A stretch of DNA of 50,602 bases from positions 1 to 50,602 of IMG/VR virus record IMGVR_UViG_3300021379_000808. One strand, written 5' to 3'. The position numbers were made by a program, and so were the translations under genes. The notes beneath the pieces were generated by a model. It did no database searches, was not told the DNA's origin, and saw nothing but the letters and a program-made list of their open reading frames with translations. This DNA is from a virus. Taxonomy: Duplodnaviria; Caudoviricetes. The number at the start of each line of letters is the position of its first letter. The first letter of the stretch is position 1. Positions 45,601 to 50,602 of the stretch are shown one piece after another.

Positions 45601-47752
45601 TTGGGCGCTCTGGGAAGAAGCCATTTTCCGCAAGCTTCTCTCCCATATCATCAAAGCTCAGGCCATTCCTTCTTACGGGTCTTGCCCGTCCTGAGTAGCC
45701 CCTAAATGATTCTGGGTCTATACCCTGAGTAATCGCCTCGTCAGTTTGTATGCCGCCAAGTCGAGCGATTGCCGTTAGAACGTCAGTGTCTTGTGCGCTA
45801 GTTGATCGTGGGGGCACTTCCTGAGCTTGCTCAATGCGATCCTCAATCTCGATTAAGCGCGACTCCATCTCTGGTGCAGATGCCGCCTCATATGATTCTC
45901 GGAGTCCCTGCGTTGTGTCGCGAATCTCAGGCTCGGGCTGTGCCGCTTGATTAGTTTGGTCAATAAAGTTATTAACCGACTCAGGGTTTGCCTGTCTACG
46001 CTCGCGTCTGAATCCAGCAAGCGCAAAGCGCTCTGTGTTTGGATCTTGGAATACTTCCCAGTTGAACCCCGGCTCCGCCTTCTGACGGCTCTTCATTGCC
46101 GCGTCAGCGCCCTTTCTGGTAGCAAAGCCATCACCCCTAGATCCTTGGTAAATCGTGTCTGGAGCGCCTTCTATGGGCTCCTGATAGATGACGTTATCTT
46201 GGGTTAGAAGTGGGCGACGTTGAGTCCTAACTACTGGACCTTGCTCGACGTATGAGGCATCGAAATTAACGTCTGTGTCTGCGGTTATGACCGGCCCTTC
46301 CAAGGGCTCACTTGGATCTCGAACAGGAGGCTGACGCAAGAACTCCTGAGACATCTCAGTGCCGACAATCGCGTTAGCTCGCTCAATGAGTCTGGCTCGC
46401 AAGCCCTCATCTGCTGTGCCTTGTGCGCGGTCATATATAGCTTGTGCGTTGCGGAGGCGAGTGGCTCGCTCTGGCTGGTTTACCCTATCGGCGAAAAGTA
46501 TCTCTTCTGTTAAGTCAAAGGGTAACTGGGGAACTTCTTGCTGGGGCTGGAAAGGCGCTGGCGTAACAATCGGTTGGAAGGGTGTTGGCTGTAGCGTGTC
46601 CTGATCGAACTGATTAGCAAGCTCCGGTAGCTGTATTGTGGAAGGAGCTGGCTCCTCGATATTCATACGCTCGCGAAGAGCCGAAAGGTCTGTATTAGCA
46701 AAGCCTCCAGATGCGGCAGTCGCGGCATCGAGATTGTCGCCGCCGTTGGCTACTGCATCTGCTCTAGCGGCTTCTGCGTTTTCGCTGGCCTCCTGCATTG
46801 GAGAGGAGAGCCCAGCAACACCACCGCCCAGTATGCCTCCACCAAGCGCGCCAAGACCCGCCGCCTGACCGACGCCCTCAAAAGTTTCCCGCGTTGGGTC
46901 AATAGGCTGTACGGCAATGTTTCCTGCAATCTGACCGCCGCCTTCTTCAAGCGTCTCTTGCAGTGACTCGCTACCGGCGCCCTTCAGAGCGCGAGAGAAA
47001 AATCCATCGCCTTTAACGCCGCCTCTGGCTAGGCTTCTTTCGATAGTGTTCGGCAAAACACCAGCAGTAACGCCAGATATAACTCCAGATATGCTGGCCG
47101 CTTTGCGCGAGGCATCAAGGGCGATCTCATTCTTTGCTTCTTCTCTACCCACTTGGTCTGATAAAGCAATGAAGTCTGCGTTTTGATTCCAGATATCATC
47201 CGGCAATGCCTTGAGGTCGTCGAACACACTCCCGCCAACATCGCCAGCTTGCAGTGCGCCGCCAGTAACCACACCGGCTCCAGCGCCAACTCTTGCAGAT
47301 TTCGTTAGAAGAGATGCCCCCTTCGCAACAGCACCTCCGGGTACTGCCATTGGAGCCTGCTCAAGAACAAAGTTACCAAGTAGATCAAGATCGCTAATAG
47401 TTCCCCAAACAGCCTCGCCTGCCTTTGCAAGCTGACCATCAGCAGAGTCAATGCGAGCTTGAAGATCGGCCTGCTTCTGCAAAAGCTCGTCAGTCTTAAA
47501 TTGCTCGTAAAACTCACGTCCACGCTCCGCTTGGCGAGTGGCCATATTGTCCATATCGCCAGATACAAGACCATACAGACTACCCACAGAACCAAGGAGA
47601 TTGTTTGCGCCTATACCGAATGATGCAAAAATATTGCTTTTAAAGGGCTCGGGCTCAGGCTGAGCTTCAAATTCGTCAAAGAACCCGCCATAAGGGCTGT
47701 TGCTAGATGGTCCGTCGAACTCATCAAAAAAACCGCCGTACTTGGCCATCAA
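39635..47752 (-). CDS. Giant polyvalent (ejected) protein with HEXXH metallopeptidase and LPD38-like C-terminus
   Basis: 2705 aa; LLHEGTHGG, IEEMQSDW, AKNMTVNFNRKG...LYMFFNAAVQG and KLPLPYG motifs. Confidence 0.85.
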   Translation of the reverse strand: MMAKYGGFFDEFDGPSSNSPYGGFFDEFEAQPEPEPFKSNIFASFGIGANNLLGSVGSLYGLVSGDMDNMATRQAERGREFYEQFKTDELLQKQADLQARIDSADGQLAKAGEAVWGTISDLDLLGNFVLEQAPMAVPGGAVAKGASLLTKSARVGAGAGVVTGGALQAGDVGGSVFDDLKALPDDIWNQNADFIALSDQVGREEAKNEIALDASRKAASISGVISGVTAGVLPNTIERSLARGGVKGDGFFSRALKGAGSESLQETLEEGGGQIAGNIAVQPIDPTRETFEGVGQAAGLGALGGGILGGGVAGLSSPMQEASENAEAARADAVANGGDNLDAATAASGGFANTDLSALRERMNIEEPAPSTIQLPELANQFDQDTLQPTPFQPIVTPAPFQPQQEVPQLPFDLTEEILFADRVNQPERATRLRNAQAIYDRAQGTADEGLRARLIERANAIVGTEMSQEFLRQPPVRDPSEPLEGPVITADTDVNFDASYVEQGPVVRTQRRPLLTQDNVIYQEPIEGAPDTIYQGSRGDGFATRKGADAAMKSRQKAEPGFNWEVFQDPNTERFALAGFRRERRQANPESVNNFIDQTNQAAQPEPEIRDTTQGLRESYEAASAPEMESRLIEIEDRIEQAQEVPPRSTSAQDTDVLTAIARLGGIQTDEAITQGIDPESFRGYSGRARPVRRNGLSFDDMGEKLAENGFFPERPTANEVLDLFTTAIQSNDRVFVGDSRADIPSLEVEQEEISRTLIELQDEFGPLTDDEIAFVDQYYQESFDASYGSQREPTQEASLVESEERDVESFNEGSGRATLQPPIGDQTGAEAFGERQATGSDAEIGGIQEDGGLDTSFQRGATRRPVINDEQFNSVLDRVVGQDGDARNRVDVRSSFAELPEEIQQAARDQGSDGADISAVYHRGTVYLVKGKLATESQVEEALLHEGTHGGVMDMYRDQGVNKALNRMWTAMGGQKGFDKLARELGIEANVRPYISGMKGSSLDQDTRNAVLVNEMLAYTGQQGSKKLQQRTREAIGAIREWFRNNTFLKLSRMRASDISLVAKRARNNFLNNQTNAQEGRPSFIMGERTRAKQTPLKLYSNTEQVIIDQGDKIFKPSKKNPDASVRGDQIFSFLKGKGIKKDEAQYTEIEQFLTEDPSRRFTRDEVIEFLRDEAPQLEEDVESTTQAGFEISEDGLEYSEPEIQDSEEYYEYIWDDIQYEIKQGDFAGRAGDVISNFIFENQQKVYDFLSSGVFDEDVTARAQEEYLSRGSFAEAGVYSFVKELGAKTVYPELAAEFENEIDEVAWVTAREDYINSDPYTTVDLLTDVDGIRYAQISGSDDMGWRIQITPERGETGDFDIVYDLDEAKVQVQNYLNEYGYVATGDDVQFLDYLSDVKEENWDQYREFVTTIDNKWGQYYSSHFGQNALFNVLATDRRNALGNVLMIEEMQSDWQSDIRRAGGPRDQARVDRDEKALNEIDLDMASTQMRIDTVAENAKALLLSPDVSKLVGDLFGVSRMDAPGILDPTPSYNNFLRIARQAFADELQGKDISYSSSATYLGSIKEVTDLEPDLDRFLRELASLEVENRKKSKARDDARRRLANSQSAPPNVPFTEDRYAELALKRMLITAVEEGKDALMISSAAQLNNRWGRFYEQIYDKKHVSAIGKLLGVKPYPVDVQGLDATAAYENALKVAGEAEIKYRDQYSDNNRITFSVTFPSNSDYLAIDFMDIYTDKGVEVARKQAEEKLRMKLMQDAGIRGWAAPISDEFKQKVTEEGLPMFQRDSARIYPKRPPEETIADKFIRTFQDKMVGLKRTQQFIEETQERKLDFDEDAYLAEEAFYGKTEEDLRQLEVRLIRPFVELLEKTGISVADLDEYLMARHAPERNRKIAAINDKLPDGGSGMTNAEAAEVIQRVQRSGKLADYNQLANQVYAMTQLTRDLIKSGGLASDEEVSSWESMYENYIPLRGFADDEVDSNGNRIRTGRGFDIRGKESRRALGRRSKAKSPTSQVIADLTEKTIRNRKNEVGQTFLNLVEGNPDPDMWEVFTDANPDTEEQFRNGSVREGPVNMAGSDKYYAVKRDGIVHYIKVKDQRLLNAMQNVGPERLSAVTKVVAGMTRFLASVNTSYNPQFVVTNFARDIQAAALNLMAEATMDGGKLDGNQIAGKVVSGTPRAIAAIRSSNKQDAVNDDSDPEATEYRRYYQEFLNDGAKTGYFDSPDVDTIAADLEKKLGRAGPGTKNDLMKAGVKIAELVEKYNSAVENGVRLSAYIEARKAGVARKQAASLAKNMTVNFNRKGEIGTFVNSLYMFFNAAVQGTTQFLRTLSPLQVNSQGNIQVQRNLNLAQKIAGGIVAGGAGFASLMREVGGEDDDGEAFWDKIPAGIRERNLIIMKPGSGGDYYKLPLPYGYNFFWNLGDSVEGALKGSQRRRDNILGDLVSSFTTSFSPFSLHRAENAAAQAALTISPSIVLPVTELAVNTNYFGEKIYPENFPGGAQKADAYLYWPSTKEPYVQVAQFLNDVIGGGSEYRSGELMGISTDVSPETLQQIIEYAGGGLLRTATGTGDSIFRPVTGRQLEIANVPFARVLVGKDQSDYGDIDTFYERRQEIINARKEYNDAPDSNARKASDEGFNGIRTLYPKANNVYKRLRRIREREMRIRDRDDLTPADREQQLEALRESKDDIVDRFNKRYDEFMQDRAG

Positions 47753-48429
47753 TTGCCCCCTAATGCATTTTCCCTATACCAATCTGGATACATAGCCTTA
47801 AACTTTTCTACTTGAGCAGGAGGGAACTTGTTGAGCTTGATCCGCTCCCATATATTGGCGGGTGACGAGCTATCAACCTCAAGCGATGTCATCACTTGGC
47901 CTGTCAGGGCATCAAGCCGAGCAAAGTCGTTGGAAAACATAGGATCATCTCTCGATGCCGCTTGACTGATAAGGCTTCGGTTAAGCTCGGTATAAGCTTT
48001 GAGCAAGTTATTGACTCTATTGTCACTAACGTCAATTGAGCCCTTGCTTTTAAGCTCGCCCCCCTCAAGAACATAAACGTTGCCGTTAGCGTCCACCTGC
48101 ATACCTGAGAGTCGCGCATCGCGAGCCAATTCCGCTTGGTCAGACTGAAATTCCTGAGAAGAAGCTCTTTCGCTAGTCTGAAACCCTTGGCGAGCCTCTC
48201 TTTCTGAAGTTTGGAAAGCACGATTTTCTTGAGCAAGGTCTCGTTGAAATTGCTGATTTACCTGTCTGTCCGCAACAGCATCAGCTCTAGAGCGCGCATA
48301 CTCCTTATCGCGAATAGCTTGCAGGCGAGCCTCTCGCTTCTCTTCGATGGCCTCGCTGAATAGCGTTTGCCCGTATTGAGTAATGCCCTTCCCAAGCCCT
48401 CCAAGGGCGCCTAGCAATCCCAAGCTCAT
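47749..48429 (-). CDS. Putative internal virion protein
   Basis: GLLGALGGLG N-terminus; 11-aa FQTSERE repeats. Confidence 0.75.
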   Translation of the reverse strand: MSLGLLGALGGLGKGITQYGQTLFSEAIEEKREARLQAIRDKEYARSRADAVADRQVNQQFQRDLAQENRAFQTSEREARQGFQTSERASSQEFQSDQAELARDARLSGMQVDANGNVYVLEGGELKSKGSIDVSDNRVNNLLKAYTELNRSLISQAASRDDPMFSNDFARLDALTGQVMTSLEVDSSSPANIWERIKLNKFPPAQVEKFKAMYPDWYRENALGGN

Positions 48430-48989
48430 GCCATCACCTCGCCTTCTTCCATCTCTTCATCTTCATCAGGAACGCTATCTAACTGAGTATCGAAGTCATC
48501 TGGAAGCTGTTCAGAAACCATATCTACTTCGTTGTCATCGACCTGACCCATAGCGGCGGCAAGCTCGGTAGGATCTATGCCGTTGTCTTCTGCATAGATA
48601 AGGACCATCTCTTGCATTGCCTTTGATGCGGTCGGGCCATCGACCTGCATACCTGTTGCTTCAGCAACAGTCAGGATTTCGCCGAGAGTCATAATCCCAA
48701 GGACGGAAAGGTTTTCCTCGCGAATCTCCCCGCCTGTCTCTGTGTCAGCAGACTGAGCAAGCTTGTAGGCCAACATAGCAATCATCTGGGGAACTGCGGT
48801 AGGTGTACCGTCGAAAGTCTTGGCGATCTGGGTAGCCATATCGTCCTCGTAAAGGCGTTTGCCTACGAACTCGATGGCTTTTGTGAGAGCCTCGTCGCCT
48901 AAACCTTCCGGGTCGCTTGATGCCTTCATTGTCGCCTCTGGCGACATTTCCTTTTCTTCTGAGCCTGCTTGCTCAATTAGTCCTTTCAT
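48426..48989 (-). CDS. Acidic hypothetical protein
   Basis: 187-aa ORF with RBS and ATGA coupling. Confidence 0.75.
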   Translation of the reverse strand: MKGLIEQAGSEEKEMSPEATMKASSDPEGLGDEALTKAIEFVGKRLYEDDMATQIAKTFDGTPTAVPQMIAMLAYKLAQSADTETGGEIREENLSVLGIMTLGEILTVAEATGMQVDGPTASKAMQEMVLIYAEDNGIDPTELAAAMGQVDDNEVDMVSEQLPDDFDTQLDSVPDEDEEMEEGEVMA

Positions 48990-48999
48990 TTCCTATCTC

Positions 49000-49929
49000 C
49001 TAGCCCAATACGCCTTGCGCTCTGCGGCCAAAGTTTGGCATTCCTGAATTAGGTCCACTCACTGGCTGGGTAGACTCTGAGCCCATAACCTCATATCGCC
49101 GCGATTCCGGATTCCAACGAACCTGCGGAATATAAGACCCAATGTTGAGCCCGTATCGCTCCAGCTCCTCATCGCGAAGCTGTTGCTCTCTTCGGTACAT
49201 ATCCTCCTGAGCGCGACCCTGAGCATACCCAGAAAGCATTTGTCCTCCGGTCATAATTGCCGCCGCGCCGCCAGTTGAGTTCCAGAAGCCTCCAGCCGCT
49301 GGAGCACTAGCGCCTGCGCCACTTAGCAAACCTTGACTTGCAAGTGTTTGGGATGCCCCAGCACCAGCCCCCGCTCCTGCCGCAAGACTACCGCCGCCTG
49401 CGTTAGCGCCCGCAGAGCCAGCAAGTTGTGACGATTGAGTAACAGCAGACGACTGTGCCGCCCCCGTTGTCTGCCCAAGTGCGTTGGTTCCGAGACTGGA
49501 CTGACCGCCAACGGTGCTAAATCCACCCCCTGCGGCAGTCGCCGCATTTGCCGCATTTGCCGCCGCAACAGCACCTTGCCCCGCACCGTATGCGCCAGTG
49601 ATACCGCCTGAACGGATTGACCCTGCCGCCGCAAAGTTACCACCTGCCGCCGCTGACGCCGCACCAGTAACGCCAGCCCACGCGCCTTTAACGCCAGCAA
49701 CAGCACCTTTAAACGCCCCGCTGAGAGACCCCATAAAGCCCGTTCCGGCGGAGGCACCTCCCATAGCCCCCATAAGCGCCGCACCTCCAAAGTAAACAAG
49801 TGCCGCAGTAGCAACGACCTTTAAGATCTTGCTTTTCTTAATCGCCTTCCAAGCCTTAGAGACGCCTTTCTTAATGCCCTTGACTACCTTCTTGATGCCT
49901 CGGGTAACCTTCTTAACAACCTTGCTCAT
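49000..49929 (-). CDS. Putative membrane-penetrating internal virion protein
   Basis: Basic amphipathic N-terminus (KKVVKGIKK), hydrophobic helix, Gly/Ala-rich body; start MSKVVKK. Confidence 0.75.
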   Translation of the reverse strand: MSKVVKKVTRGIKKVVKGIKKGVSKAWKAIKKSKILKVVATAALVYFGGAALMGAMGGASAGTGFMGSLSGAFKGAVAGVKGAWAGVTGAASAAAGGNFAAAGSIRSGGITGAYGAGQGAVAAANAANAATAAGGGFSTVGGQSSLGTNALGQTTGAAQSSAVTQSSQLAGSAGANAGGGSLAAGAGAGAGASQTLASQGLLSGAGASAPAAGGFWNSTGGAAAIMTGGQMLSGYAQGRAQEDMYRREQQLRDEELERYGLNIGSYIPQVRWNPESRRYEVMGSESTQPVSGPNSGMPNFGRRAQGVLG

Positions 49930-50366
49930 TGCATTCCCCTCACATAGGAACAATTCATACTTAGACGCGAAAAGCCTATGCGCCCCAAAAAATTAATAAG
50001 ACGAGGATCGGCGTTTGGCTCAAGCTCCATTACAGCCACCTTGATGACTGGCCTAGACTTAATCCATCTACCAAGCTCACGAAGTAGTTTGATGCCCTCA
50101 CCCGGCACCCTTGTGTAGTACAACATAACCGAACACTGCTGGCGCTCATACCAAAACGATCTTTCACTCATAGCGCCAACTGCGGCAACCACCTTACCGT
50201 CTATCTCAGACACCCAGACAAAGTGCTGATTGCTAGATACCGCCTCCTTGATCGTATCCTTAATCGAGTCAGGATCAACGCGAACGGGAAGCGGATCTAT
50301 CGACACAGACTCAACCGCTATATCAGCGATTGCCGCTATATCAGAAAGAGTTGCTGGCCTAATCAT
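49926..50366 (-). CDS. GNAT-fold acetyltransferase-like protein
   Basis: MIRPAT..D, V.E.DG.VV, G.G..LL and R.GF motifs. Confidence 0.75.
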   Translation of the reverse strand: MIRPATLSDIAAIADIAVESVSIDPLPVRVDPDSIKDTIKEAVSSNQHFVWVSEIDGKVVAAVGAMSERSFWYERQQCSVMLYYTRVPGEGIKLLRELGRWIKSRPVIKVAVMELEPNADPRLINFLGRIGFSRLSMNCSYVRGMQ

Positions 50367-50602
50367 TAGGGAATTTGATCCTCACCTCTGTCATTTTGAT
50401 CGCCAACAGGGATAGTGGTTATGTAGTTGCCATCTTGGTCGTAGATGTCACCCGTGTCAGGGTCTAACCAGTTGCCGTTTTGGTATTGCTGGTAGCTAGA
50501 GGGGGGCGTCCACGTAGATTCATCATCATTGCCGCCATCGTCGTTACCACCATCGTCGTTACCACCATCATCATTGCCACCATCATCATTGCCGCCGTCG
50601 TC
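50366..50602 (-). CDS. 3' end of the origin-spanning 870-aa gene
   Basis: In frame with 1-2565; TAA overlaps the ATG of the GNAT gene. Confidence 0.75.
   Translation of the reverse strand, partial: DDGGNDDGGNDDGGNDDGGNDDGGNDDESTWTPPSSYQQYQNGNWLDPDTGDIYDQDGNYITTIPVGDQNDRGEDQIP
50414..50602 (+). repeat. Terminal direct repeat / circular overlap, right copy
   Basis: Matches 1-189. Confidence 0.95.

Overview
The window is an apparently complete temperate podovirus-type phage genome of about 50,413 bp. Bases 1-189 recur at 50414-50602 with five mismatches, so the contig circularises. The minus strand carries the late operon: lysis genes, a cassette of four large unknown proteins, terS/terL, portal, scaffold, N4-gp56-type capsid, tail adaptor and nozzle, fibre, a 2OG-Fe(II) oxygenase, ejected proteins (one 870-aa gene crosses the contig ends and is missing from the ORF track) and a 2705-aa polyvalent protein. 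A leftward replication/nin/Q-like operon with an iteron origin diverges from a short CI-like repressor. A rightward recombination operon (Sak-like, YqaJ, SSB, xis, int) ends at an attP whose core is a tRNA-Arg-like 3' end, with arm repeats and an IHF site. The most notable region is an RNA-level control locus at 26.3-28.7 kb. Two hammerhead ribozymes punctuate an early operon that includes ardC. A short terminated antisense leader from the divergent late promoter region is complementary to the ribosome-binding sites of three early genes and of the first replication gene, and no cro is evident. Several early proteins end in ssrA-like Ala-Ala. Product calls come from motif recognition only; no database searches were run.
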